From Trichoplax adhaerens (taxonomy: Eukaryota; Animalia; Placozoa): a stretch of 64,000 bases of DNA. Positions 1-13,239 of the stretch are shown here, in pieces. The stretch is from contig NW_002060943.1 in NCBI RefSeq assembly GCF_000150275.1, positions 8,068,066 through 8,132,065 of the forward strand. Reading direction: 5' to 3'. Below the pieces are notes generated by a model that had not been told where the DNA came from, made no database searches, and saw only the letters and a list, made by a program, of their open reading frames with translations. Every line of letters begins with the position of its first letter. The first letter of the stretch is position 1. Position numbers and translations under genes: made by a program.

Positions 1-1200
1 GGCCTCCAATACGCCACAGTGGTAACGGTATACTGAACCACCAGTGTGCATGTCTACTGTACAGTACAGTAGCAGAAGTGCTGTACACAACCGTATGGCA
101 TTTTGAAGATGTACAGTACTTGAGTACAGTACAATGCGTTTTTGTACTGTACTGTACAGTATCTTTTTAATGCGTAGCGGCGGAATACAGTACTGTACTG
201 TATACTGTGGTACTGTACACTGTACAGTAGATCTAAACATAAATGCGGACTACTGTCAATGGCGAAGTGATTTAGAAGTACTCGGTCTAGTTTACTCAAT
301 GTCTTCCTGAGTTTGTAATATTAAAAAGTCAAAGTTACAGTATCAATCCGCATAAGAAGATACAAGCAATAGTAGAATGGTGATTAGTTACTTAAATTTG
401 AAATAGTTATAATCATTTCCCGATATTACCGCTTGTATATACAGTAGAATTTGGTGTATAGTCAAGTAGTCAATCTAGACCTGACGTCAATCTAAGGGAT
501 TGAGCCAAAATCATTTAGGACTCTTGAACTTTGGACAAACTATGTCCATGTTAAACCTACGTTATCCGTTAAGCTGCATACAGTGCAGTATACTATACAA
601 TAGTATGCGTATAAAATACAGAGGAGTCCAAAATTGACTCTTTCAAACTTCAGTATTAGTATACGTCGTATAACGAAAGAGCTGCAAAGGTTCAATTTTT
701 CCAATACATAATAGTGAAACATGGCATACAAGAAAAGCGCTGTATCTCATCCTAAACACCGTTCCAAGATGTCATACCTCAAAATGACAAATGACCATTG
801 ATATGTATCTTACATGTTAGCACTATATGTTATCCATCATCAAGTAGCGAAATGCTGATGATTGCGTGTACAGTAGTTTCGAAAGATTTACGTAATCATT
901 AGTAAGTATATAATACGAGTAGATAAAGATCAAACAGTCGAAATTTTACAAGACTGATAAAATTATCATTCGTTAGTTCCTCTTGCTAAGATAGAATGGA
1001 AATAATGAATGATATATCTATAAGAATCAAATAACATATTAACAATTCAGTAGATTGCTTATTGTTTACTGATATCGTTATCTTTATTTACAATCGTATA
1101 ATCGATTATCTTATAGCATCTTTGTCAAAGCCATACAATGTCATATAATAACATACACGAATACGTATATATGGGGATGGTGTACAATAACCATTTGTGG

Positions 1201-2130
1201 TTATTCCAGTAAAATTTGATGGTGATCATGTAGATAATTTAATACCTCATCTTTGCTTCGTAAAGAACAGAAAAATTCTCTATCAGATTTGCAAGTAATT
1301 TTTTCTAACATGAATATTAGATGACGATGAAAAGGAGTAAAGTGAGTTTCCAGTTCAGAAGTAATTCGTACGAAATCTTCCACACAGCATATAGGGGTTT
1401 TACTATATCCAGCATATAAGGCTGGATTGCGAAGAATACCTCTAGCTGACATGACGCCATCGACATTAGTCTTATCATAGATTTCTTGGGCATCATCAAC
1501 TGTGAATACATTGCCATTTGCAATGACTGGAATGCTTACACTATCTTTGATTGTCTTAATAGCATCGTAGTGAACAGGTGTATGCTTTTCAGAGGTCGTA
1601 CGTCCATGTACAGTTATCCATGAAACACCCGCAGCTTCAGCCTTTCGACACAAGTCCACCGTGGTATTAATATCATTATGAATTCTTATTTTGATAGAAA
1701 TTGAGAAATTTTCGTTACAAATTTTCGATCGCGTATGTCTTACCATTTCCTTCACCAACTCGGGATGATTAATTAGATGTGCGCCGTAACCTTCATGCAT
1801 AGCCCACCTCTGTGGACATCCGCAGTTTAAATCGACACCATCTGCGTATGGAACAATCAGTTCTGTTGCATCCGCTAAATCGAATGCATTACTAGCTGCA
1901 AACTGGACTATCAACGGCCTATCGGATGCAACCGTTGTGAATTCGCTAGCACGAGCTTTTTCTGATTTAATAAACGACTCTGATATAATCATGGGCGTAA
2001 AAGCGACATCACATCCATATTTACGGACTAAACTTCTAAAAGGCAATTTAGAATACCTAACCATAGGAGCAGACATATACACTAATTTATTACTTTTTAA
2101 TAGTTCAACGACAATATTTTCTGCTTGCAT
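1201..2130 (-). CDS. DUS4L: tRNA-dihydrouridine(20a/20b) synthase, DUS4-like; coding region intronless
   Basis: ORF contains APMVRYSKL (DUS4 hallmark), PLIVQFAA, GVDLNCGCP (catalytic Cys), ITVHGRT, VIANG and GVMSARG. The ORF track starts at TTG 2148; the first ATG (MQAEN) is at 2130. Confidence 0.93.
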   Translation of the reverse strand: MQAENIVVELLKSNKLVYMSAPMVRYSKLPFRSLVRKYGCDVAFTPMIISESFIKSEKARASEFTTVASDRPLIVQFAASNAFDLADATELIVPYADGVDLNCGCPQRWAMHEGYGAHLINHPELVKEMVRHTRSKICNENFSISIKIRIHNDINTTVDLCRKAEAAGVSWITVHGRTTSEKHTPVHYDAIKTIKDSVSIPVIANGNVFTVDDAQEIYDKTNVDGVMSARGILRNPALYAGYSKTPICCVEDFVRITSELETHFTPFHRHLIFMLEKITCKSDREFFCSLRSKDEVLNYLHDHHQILLE

Positions 2131-3326
2131 TGTCTTTGCTATTATCAAAAATCGATCTGCAAAAGTCTTTACTTGTGAGTCTAGATTTTCGTAAAAAAGA
2201 AAGTTATGTGCTTATAAAAAATTCGGTACAGGTACAGTACTACTATCTTGCTAAAGGCTGGGCAAGTATAGAAGGCTACTATATGTGTACCGAATGGAAT
2301 CCATTAAATTGCTTCTTAACTTAGTCAGTCAGTTTACCTATATCGTAAGAAACCGAAGAGTAATAATATAATTCTATATTATTTTCTTGTGCAGAAAATT
2401 GTTTACAATTACTTCTGTAATTTTAAAGTCAATCTTCTAGATGTATAAATCAGTATTAAATGTAAAGCATGTATTACACGTATACCAATCGCCGGCTAAT
2501 AGTAAAGTATTGATACCGATAGATTAAATTTAATGCAATATTCTACTCTATGATAGAATAGGCTATATAAATTAGAGTTCTTCAAGGAGTCATCATTATC
2601 AGCAAGTGAACGATAGTTTGTATAACACGAGTTGTAGTTTTTACACCTGTGCAGTATAACCACCTCCGAATATCGTATTGCCACTACTATTGCCTTACTC
2701 ACAATAGTCCTACAGTAAATACTTGTTATAATTTAGCACAAAGCATTATAGAGTCTGCTATCTTGCGATAATACTAGACGATACATTTTACCAACTTGTA
2801 GAACTAGCAAGTTTAAAATAATTCTTAAAAAGATGCAAACTTTTATGAGCATTCACCATAACACATAGCTACAGCAGCCATAGAACGTGCAGAACTTACG
2901 AGTTTGTGACAAAGCATACTTACAGTTTGTAAAGATATACTGGATGTCTGTCGATTCTAGTAGTTTGGTTACGTCAGGACTTATTCAGTAGAATGTGAAT
3001 TCAACTTGATTCAAATGCTGCTATAGTAAATGATACTTCTGTATTCGTCTTATGACTGAATCAGTGGATTTTCTCTAAATTCATCATACGATTTGTTGGA
3101 GTAAACTTGCCATTCATCTGTGGCTGCGTTTTATCGAATGGCTCGCTTCTAGGGTATGAGTTCGCAATGAATCCAGTCCAAAACTGATGTCATTAACCGT
3201 GACTCACTTGCAAAGATAGGGACTAGCAGAAGATGCCATACAGCACTGTCATAGTGACATCATTTTATCGCGGATAAGTCATGTGACATGAGTTATCCAA
3301 ATGACCGTGTACCGTAAAAATGATCG

Positions 3327-3475
3327 TACAGTACAGTACTGTACTGTAAGTCTGTACGACTGTACGTCCAAGTCAGGAGGGCCCCTTCTGCCACTGATTT
3401 TCACTTCCCTCCCCCGCAGAACTCCTTGCGAAGACTATATAAACCGGTGATCTCACGCTTTCAGTTTTCAGATCT
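3327..3475 (+). promoter_or_regulatory. Candidate POLR2A core promoter within the DUS4L/POLR2A divergent region
   Basis: 22-bp palindrome TACAGTACAGTACTGTACTGTA at 3327-3348, ETS-like CACTTCC at ~3402, TATATAAA at 3436-3443 and Inr-like TCAGTT at 3461-3466, about 220 nt upstream of the ATG. Confidence 0.5.
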
Positions 3476-3683
3476 GTTGTGAGGATCTATCACAGCAGAA
3501 GCGGGAAGGGAAAAGAGAGAGTTTTTGATTCATTTAAAGGATAAAAACTACATCGAGGGACATTGAATAGAAGAAGAGCAATTCCTTTGAATTAACAGAC
3601 TGTTTAAGGTTGCTTTCTAGCATACGAGCAAGTCCATTTGTATTTACGGTGTCTTTGGAAAGAGGGGCTGTTAAAAAATCAAA

Positions 3684-6600
3684 ATGGCGCAGCAACAGCA
3701 AATTATTTCAACAGCTCCAATAAGGAATATCAACCGAGTTCAGTTTGGAATTCTTAGTCCGGATGAAATTGTAAGTTTAGGCTGGCATGTTTTCCATTTC
3801 TCGTTGATTTGAATGTGCAAATCTAGCTAATGGGCTCGTGGGTTGTAGAAATTTCATTGCTGTTTATTGCGCTAGCAGAGTAGTCGTTATGAACGTGCTT
3901 GTCTTTGATCTTTTGCACTAGTTATGAACAGCCGTGATGTACTAGTGCACACGCAGACTAATACTTGCCACTATTACATGCATACTACTGAATGTGCACT
4001 ATAGTAGTGAAGTCGATACAGGAACACTACTAAAGCACAGTACTGTATATTAATTAGAACTCTAGTATCTTGATTGACTATCATTAAGAATTGACCGCAC
4101 TTAAGTGCCATCATTCATGAATTCATTTACCTACCTACATACCAGCATACACAATAAGATTAGATTAGTTAGTACATAGGAAGGATATTGCTGTTGTAGC
4201 CGGACTTTTCTCGTTTCAAAAATGGACTTACATTTAGAGACTTGGTTTTTTGAAAAGTACAGTACAGTAGTGTGGATGCCAGACCGCAGCTACTGCTGCA
4301 AGTTAAGGTAGTAGGTAAAACGCAGCAGCGTGGATTGCTACGGTATTAGCCTAAATGGTCTTGTCGTGAAGTATTTACAGCCATTTTTGACAATGTAAAA
4401 ACATCGAGAAAACTTCGTGTTGCCAATAGATTGATGAAATGTTTTTGAAAGGTTTATTGACCTGTTATTATTCACTAATTGCAGCTACAGACTGATATGG
4501 AATATTCTTCCTTATTTAGAGTTATTGATGAGGATAATTATACAGTACTTGGGTATTGAATATATTTAGATATTTTCTGCTTTATATTGACTGTTTAGAA
4601 ACGAATGTCTGTGACACCAGGCGGAATTCGATACGCTGAAACATATGAAGCAGGCAAACCGAAATTATGTGGTTTATTAGATCCAAGACAAGGACCAGTT
4701 GATCGTAGCTCAAGATGCCAGACTTGCGCGGGTACCGTTAATGAGTGCCCTGGTCACTTCGGGCATATTGAACTAGCCAGGCCCGTATTTCATATTGGTT
4801 TCTTGGTCAAATCAATCAAGATACTTCGTTGTGTATGCTTTTACTGCTCTAAGCTACTCATAAAAAAGGTACAGATTGAAATCTGTATTCTATTATACGT
4901 TCGAAACTATTTCTAAGCTGAGGAATTAAGCATAAAATGAAATGTACTATACAACAGATACAATTTTATGTTTATACTACGTAACGTTACGTAATAGAAT
5001 TGTTACATTACATGTTGGTATAAAGATCTTTACTGAGTATCTGCTGACCATAAATCTTGCAGTTCATCTAACATATTTCTTCCTATTTATTCGTTTTATG
5101 CTTTACGATAGTCTGATCCAAAGGTCATCGATATAATATCTAAGACACGGGGCAGACTAAGAGTAAGATTGCAACATATATATGATCTATGTAAAAGCAA
5201 GAATATCTGCCAAAATGATGATGGCGAAGATGCAGAAGGCTTAGATGAGAAAAAGGTAGCTCTTGGTGTAATTTATATAAATGTGCGAGAGTGTATACGG
5301 ATTCGGATATATACTTGATATTGCAATGTATTTTTCAATCAACGCGCATAACACAATTTGTACAATTTATTATTTAGGAACATAGTGGATGTGGACGCCA
5401 TCAACCTATCATTAGGCGCAATGGATTAGAATTAACTGCTGAATGGAAAAAAATAAATGAAGATTCTCAAGAGAGAAAAATCAATCTAACAGCTGAACGT
5501 GTCTATGAAATATTCAAACGTATATCTGATGAAGATTCTGAAGTACTTGGAATGGATCCACGATTTGCTCGACCCGATTGGATGATTATCACATGTTTGC
5601 CAGTTCCTCCTCTACATGTTAGACCATCTGTAGTGATGCATGGCTCTGCAAGAAGCCAGGTAAAGATTTTATTCAAGTAATCTGAATGTAACGTGTCTGA
5701 TTTTAATTCTTGATAAAGATACTGTAATAATGTATTAATATGTATATCTTATAGGATGATTTAACGCATAAACTGGCAGATATAATCAAGGCGAATAACA
5801 ACCTGCAACGGAACGAAAGCTGTGGCGCTCCGGCTCATGTTATTACGGAAGATACTAGAATGCTGCAATTCCATGTTACTACGTTAACTGACAATGAAGT
5901 CCCTGGAATGCCTAAGGTATTATTTTCTGCCTAAAGTTAGCTTTTACCGGTATGCAGTGCATTTCATACGCTTCTTTATTTAGGCAATGCAAAAATCTGG
6001 GAGACCGTTGAAATCAATTAAGCAAAGGTTAAAAGGTAAAGAGGGTCGTATTCGTGGTAATTTGATGGGAAAACGTGTAGATTTTTCTGCCCGTACTGTC
6101 ATCACGCCGGATTCAAATCTTGAGATTGATCAAGTTGGGGTTCCTCGATCTATTGCTCAAACACTCTCATATCCTGAGATAGTAACTCCTCTAAACATTG
6201 ATAGGTAATAAAAAATGTCGCTATATGTAGTATACAGCATACTGGTATACTCGTATATTTATTGGGCATTTCGATTAATGTATAAAATGGGTGAATGTGC
6301 GGTAACCTTTACCAATTCATATTAACGATTTTAAAATTTCTATCGGTAGGATGTATGTATTAGTAAGACGAGGACCGGATCACTATCCCGGCGCCAAATA
6401 TGTTATTCGAGAGTCGGGAGAACGGATAAATTTAAAATTTCGTGCTTCCCGCGATGACTTAACGTTACACTTTGGCGATAAGGTTAACTATGACTTGGTT
6501 TTAACATTTCTCTCGTCTTTAATTTTATGGGTTGCATTTTACCAGTGACTTGACTTGATAACGTATTGTCGAATAAATTATACTGGTAAGGTGTCTATTG

Positions 6601-9600
6601 TAAAAGAAAAACTAAAATTAAGTAATTACTTGTTATATAGGTCGAAAGGCATATTCAAAACGACGATATTATCGTATTTAATCGTCAACCTACACTACAT
6701 AAGATGTCTATGATGGGTCATCGAGTGAGAATATTGCCATGGTCAACATTTAGATTGAATCTTAGGTAAAAATCGTTTGATAGTATATGTAAATCGAGGA
6801 TCAAGTCACTTTCAAAGTCAACTGAATCTATGATAAGTGCTATTTTCCTCGAATATTATCCTGACGATCCTATTCGCTGGGGGTCCACTACTCTTCCGTA
6901 CCATAACGGTGGATGATCTCAGACACCATATCGTCGACATTAACAATCACTATGCTACGTGTATATCGCAAATTGATTGGATATTGTGATTTATGAAGTA
7001 AAATTTTATAGATGTAATATCTTACAATGCCTGTATTTTAATTTTTGAATAGTGTTACCACACCTTATAATGCTGATTTCGATGGAGATGAAATGAATTT
7101 GCATGTACCCCAGTCGTTGGAATCTCGAGCGGAAATAACAGAGATTTGCATGGTACCTCGGCAAATAGTGACGCCACAATCAAATAAACCCGTTATGGGT
7201 ATTGTGCAAGATTCGCTAACGGCAGTACGCAAGTTTACCATGCGAGATGTCTTCTTAGAAAAAGTAAGCTGAATAGAATTGATGTAAAGTAGAAAAAGGT
7301 TACGATTAAGTATGTATCGATATTTTTTAGGAAGTGGTGATGAATTTATTGATGTGGCTCCCGAATTGGAATGGGAAGATGCCACAACCTGCTATTCTTA
7401 GACCGAAAGAGTTATGGACAGGCAAACAGATATTCAGCTTAATTATACCAGGAAATGTTAACTTAATCAGAACACATTCCACTCATCCAGATGACGAAGA
7501 CAAAGGTCCATATAAATTTATTTCTCCGGGTGATACTAAGGTATATGTTAATAAAATAAACGCTTGCCTCGTACAAGTTTCTACCTTGTAACGAATTATT
7601 AATTGGGATCATTCTTACTGAATAGGTTCTAATTGAACACGGGGAAGTTATTTCTGGTATTTTATGCAAAAGGACACTTGGTACATCCTCTGGGAGTTTA
7701 GTCCATGTCATTTTTAATGAATTGGGACATGAAGTTGCCCGACAGTTTTATGGCAATATTCAGACCGTAGTCAATAACTGGTTATTGATTGAAGGTCACA
7801 GTATTGGTATAGGAGACTCAATTGCAGATGAAGCTACTTATCAGGATATTCAAAGCACTATACTTAAAGCCAAACAAGATGTAGTTGAAGTTATAGAAAA
7901 AGCCCATAACGATGAGCTTGAACCTACACCTGGGAATACTTTAAGAAAAACTTTTGAAAATCAGGTTTGTGATATAATAATGTGCTGCATAGTAAGTTGA
8001 AAAATTGACTTACTTTCAACTGTAATCGCTTTTAGGTAAATCGTATTCTTAACGATGCTCGAGATAAAACTGGAAGTAGTGCCCAGAAAAGTTTATCCAA
8101 TTTTAATAATTTTAAAGCTATGGTTGTTGCCGGATCTAAAGGATCCAAGATTAACATTTCTCAGGTATAGCTATACGAAATTGGATACAATTGTTCAATG
8201 TGCTTGTCATCTGATGTATGTAGGCATTATAGAAGTGAAGGATTTATTTAGATTAAGTTATCCCTTTAAAATAGGTTATTGCTGTAGTCGGACAACAGAA
8301 TGTGGAAGGCAAGCGAATTCCGTTCGGGTTCCGCCATAGAACTTTGCCCCATTTTATTCAGGACGATTATGGTCCAGAAAGTCGCGGATTCGTGGAAAAT
8401 TCATATTTAGCTGGTTTAACACCAACTGAATTTTTCTTTCATGCAATGGGTGGTCGTGAAGGTTTGATTGATACAGCAGTTAAAACTGCTGAAACTGGTT
8501 ACATCCAAAGACGCTTGATTAAAGCTATGGAAGGAGTGATGGTGCATTACGATGGAACTGTACGTAATGCTAACATGCAATTGATCCAGCTATGTTATGG
8601 AGAAGATGGATTGGACGGAAGTGCAATTGAATTTCAAGATATGCCGAGTTTGAAGCTATCGCACACTGGTTTTCAGAGACGTTTCCGTTTTGATATTCAA
8701 AACGAAAAGTAGGGACTTAATATGACCTATACTGACATTATTCATTTAATTTGTAATTATTAAATTGTTTCTATGTGTTATTAGGCGCCTTAAGCAATAC
8801 TTACATGGTAATATTGTAAGATCAATAATCACGGATGCCGAAGTTAAAGAAAAATTACAATCTGAATTTGAGCAACTAAGCAAAGACAGAAATGCAGTTC
8901 GAAGCATTCTCCAAAATGGCGATAGCAGAGTTGCTCTGCCAGTAAATTTAAACCGTCTAATTTGGAATGCACAGAAGATTTTCCACGTCGATCCTCGTAA
9001 ATCGAGTGATCTCCATCCAATGAAAGTTATTGATGGTTAGTGGTGAATGCAAATAGGCAGTTATTTATTATCTGTTAGATGCTTCTTTCTTTCTATTAAA
9101 GCTTGATAAATTTACAATATTAGATGTTTGTGAATTGTCAAGGAAATTAGTAATAGTCCACGGGGAGGACAGGATAAGTAAACAAGCTCAAGAAAATGCT
9201 ACGTTACTGTTTAATATTTTGCTACGATCTGTATTGTCCTCAAAACGTGTAACAGAAGAGTATCATTTGACCTCTGAAGCGTTTGATTGGCTAATAGGGG
9301 AAGTAGAATCTAGATTTCAGCAATCTCAGGCAAGTGATTTTTTAATGTAAAAATACGGTATCTGTGGGTGCCATGTCAAAATAAAAATTACATTTTAAAA
9401 TTTTTTGATTGTTTTATATAAAGGTACAACCTGGTGAAATGGTTGGCCCTCTAGCAGCTCAATCCCTTGGTGAACCGGCAACGCAAATGACACTAAATAC
9501 ATTTCATTATGCTGGGGTATCGGCTAAAAATGTAACACTCGGTGTTCCTAGACTAAAGGAGATAATAAATGTTTCCAAGAAACCGAAAACTCCATCTTTG

Positions 9601-11794
9601 ACTGTCATACTTACAGGACCTGCTGCTAGGGATGCTGAGAAAGCAAAGGTTTTTACCAATACATAAATATTTTCTGCATTGATAGTTGACAATTACTTAC
9701 CTTGATTTTTTTCACTCTACAATGCAGGATGTTCTTTGTCGTTTAGAGCATACGACATTACGTAAAGTTACAGCAAATACTGCAATCTATTATGATCCAA
9801 ATCCCAAAAATACCGTTATCAGTGAAGATCAAGAGTTTGTCAACGCTTACTATGAAATGCCTGATTTTGAGCCATCGCAGTTATCGCCGTGGTTGCTACG
9901 TATAGAATTAGATCGAAAGAGAATGACTGACAAAAAACTAACTATGGAACAAATAGCGGAAAAAATCAATGCCGGATTTGGAGAGGATTTAAACTGTATC
10001 TTTAACGATGATAATGCCGAAAAGCTTATTTTACGAATAAGGATTGTCAACAATGACAATAAAGAGGGTGTTGATAGAGATGAACAATGGGATAGAATGG
10101 ATGATGATGTATTTTTACGATGTATAGAATCTAATATGTTGAGCGACATGACTTTACAGGGAATAGAGCAAATATCTAAGGTATACATGCATCTACCCCT
10201 TCAAGACAGTAAAAAACGAATGATAATCAACGAGGAAGGAGAGTACAAAGCTATTCAGGAGTGGATTTTAGAAACTGATGGTGTTAATTTGCAAAAGGTA
10301 TTAAGTGTGAAAGACGTTGATGCTGTCAAAAGTACTTCTAATGATATTGTCGAGATTTTTTCTGTTCTTGGAATTGAAGCAGTTCGTAAGGCGGTTGAAA
10401 AAGAAATGAATCACGTTATTTCCTTTGATGGATCTTACGTCAATTATCGTCATTTAGCTCTGTTGTGTGATGTCATGACATGTAGAGGCCATTTGATGGC
10501 TATTACAAGACACGGTATAAATCGTCAAGAAGTTGGTGCTCTTATGAGGTGTAGTTTCGAAGAAACTGTAGATATATTGATGGATGCAGCATTCCATTCT
10601 GAGACAGATTATTTGCGTGGTGTGAGTGAAAATATAATGTTAGGTCAACTATCCAAAATTGGTACTGGATGTTTTGATTTGCTGTTAGATCCAGAAAAAT
10701 GTAAAGATGGTATGGAAATACCAGCCAATGTTCCAGTTGCCGGTATGATTAATGGGGTTGGTGCTGGAGTTTTTTATGGTGATGGCGCTGGAATGTCGCC
10801 GCAAATGACGCCTTGGGATTCTAGTCTGACCACTCCAAGTTACGAAGGTCCGTATACTCCTGGTATGGGAGGCGGTATGACTCCAGGAGCGGCTGGATTT
10901 TCTCCATCTGGAGCTTCAGAGCCAAGTTTCAGTCCCGCTAGTTACAGTCCTAATTGGAGTCCAGGTCCAGCGGCTTCACCTGGCTCTCCAGGACCTAGTA
11001 GCCCATACATGCAAAGTCCAAGTTATTCTCCTGCAAGTCCGAATTATCAGCCGACATCACCTTCTATGTCGCCTTCCAGTCCATCATACTCACCGTCGAG
11101 TCCAAGCTACTCACCGACTTCTCCAAGTTATTCCCCTTCGTCTCCGTCATATATGCCAACGTCGCCAAAATATTCGCCAACATCGCCAAGCTATTCACCG
11201 ACGTCTCCAAGGTATTCTCCGACATCGCCAAGTTATTCTCCAACTTCTCCAAGGTATTCTCCAACATCGCCAAGTTATTCACCAACTTCGCCAAGATATT
11301 CACCAACTTCGCCAAGCTATTCTCCAACATCACCGCGGTATTCCCCAACATCACCTAGTTATTCTCCAACATCTCCGAGTTATTCTCCAACTTCACCGAG
11401 ATATTCACCGACGTCACCAAGTTATTCACCTACTTCGCCAAGTTACTCTCCGACATCGCCTAAGTACTCGCCGACATCACCGAGGTATTCTCCAACTTCT
11501 CCGAGTTACTCTCCGACGTCTCCATCTTACTCTCCGACTTCACCTTCTTATTCACCAACGTCGCCATCATACTCTCCTACGTCACCGTCGTATTCTCCGA
11601 CATCTCCGAGGTACTCTCCAACTTCTCCGTCGTATTCTCCAACATCTCCCCGGTATTCACCAACGTCACCGTCGTATTCACCAACATCTCCTCGGTATTC
11701 ACCAACGTCTCCATCGTATTCACCAACCTCTCCTTCTTATTCTCCAACTTCTCCTTCTTATTCTCCAACATCACCTGATTACAGTCCTAATTAA
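3684..11794 (+). CDS. POLR2A: RNA polymerase II largest subunit RPB1, 17 coding exons (3684-3770, 4599-4868, 5112-5255, 5378-5659, 5755-5916, 5984-6204, 6350-6482, 6641-6765, 7053-7263, 7331-7540, 7626-7964, 8036-8164, 8275-8708, 8785-9035, 9124-9329, 9424-9648, 9728-11794)
   Basis: Spliced translation gives [11 protein letters not shown], the zinc site CQTC...[17 protein letters not shown], catalytic NADFDGD, bridge helix [11 protein letters not shown], trigger loop QMTLNTFH and a YSPTSPS heptad CTD. All introns are GT-AG except 9330-9423 (GC-AG). Confidence 0.98.
11023..11791 (+). repeat. 21-nt coding tandem repeat encoding ~36 CTD heptads
   Basis: Translation YSPASPN...([21 protein letters not shown])n...[11 protein letters not shown], with synonymous divergence between units. 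Confidence 0.95.
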
Positions 11795-13239
11795 TAGTTA
11801 TTATACTGTCATGTTTATATTGTATTGTATATTTGGTATAATAGCAATAAGACATTAACTATATGCAATTGGTTGTATTGTGTCTTATAGGCAGTTTGTA
11901 TGACTGAATTAATTTCTTGATTGTTTCGATATCAATGATGTAAGAGAGAAGTTATCTATGTTAGAATAATATGTCTTTATCATAAAACCGACTTTCGTTT
12001 CAGGTTAGGCAATTGTATGACAACTGCTAATTCTAACTACAGTTAATGTTATTGTATGTAAATAAAGTACCAGATCAAACACTGTATGTTTAGGCAAATA
12101 AATATAAATTTTTAAATTCAATTGCGGATGTGCTTTCTTGCTCAGCTATGCGGGTAACGTGGTAACGGGATACATTTCAACAATTATGTCATTGTCGTTG
12201 CTTTAAAGCATATTTTAATGGACAGCAACGTAATTTTAGATATAATACTCTTTCATTTCATATCGGATTTTGGAGGTCAATTCAATTCCTGTATCAGTGA
12301 TTGTAATACTTTGTATTTGTAAAATTGTTGCAGCGTAACAGTATCTACTAGTAGGTACACTTATTTCGAAATTTGATAATTGCTTTCTTTACGCTACGAT
12401 TACGTCATTTTATTGACCACAGTAGCAGATACTCGAGCAGTTTGAAACTTTTGTTAGCTTTGGAAGTATAGCAGCTGTACATGTAATCAGTCGGCTGACG
12501 CCAATTTATTTCTTACAAACTAAAGCTAATTGCTATATAAACCTTCATATGGTAATGTACCGACCTACGTATGTATTTACTTGTTATCAACGTTATCACT
12601 CTATTTACCACTTTAACTAAAGCGATCGTTAATAGTGAGCTTAACACACAACGTGTAACAAATTAGCGTTTGTCTGACTCATTTCCTTTGATATCTTTGC
12701 AGGTAAATGATTAATTTATTATTGAATTAACACAGATATTGTATTGAATCACGCCGTTCGTGCTTTCGACATACGCTATAATAAATAACTGTTACATCAA
12801 TTTCATTTCTTTGATAGCGTGATTTAGAGCGTGATCCATTGGAATGTATATCTTGAAGACATAGCAGAGAATCAATATTAGTTTTGATCTGCATTTAGCC
12901 CACAAAAACTACTGATAAACTTCAGTAGATCACATTCTTCAGATTTATCAGAGTATATCCTTCATAGACTGGCAAAAGAAGCTAGATATTTTAATAATTA
13001 TTATCTTGCATTTACATCATAGAGAACAGAAAGTCGATAATGTTTAGATACATTTAAGATGGGATATGTAACAAAAGACTACGGAATTTGTAATAAGGAA
13101 ATAAATCACGCAATGGTTTTTATGGTAATTACTAGGAGACCGTGCATCTGATTACATCTAAAACCATTGCTCAAGTTGAAGACATGAACTCGATGTTTGT
13201 ATGACCATGTAACTTTTTGATAGGCCGACTGAGAGTGTC

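Noticed and set aside
11064-11774. Minus-strand ORFs with periodic ENTLEK-like repeats
   Set aside because: Antisense shadows of the CTD heptad repeat.
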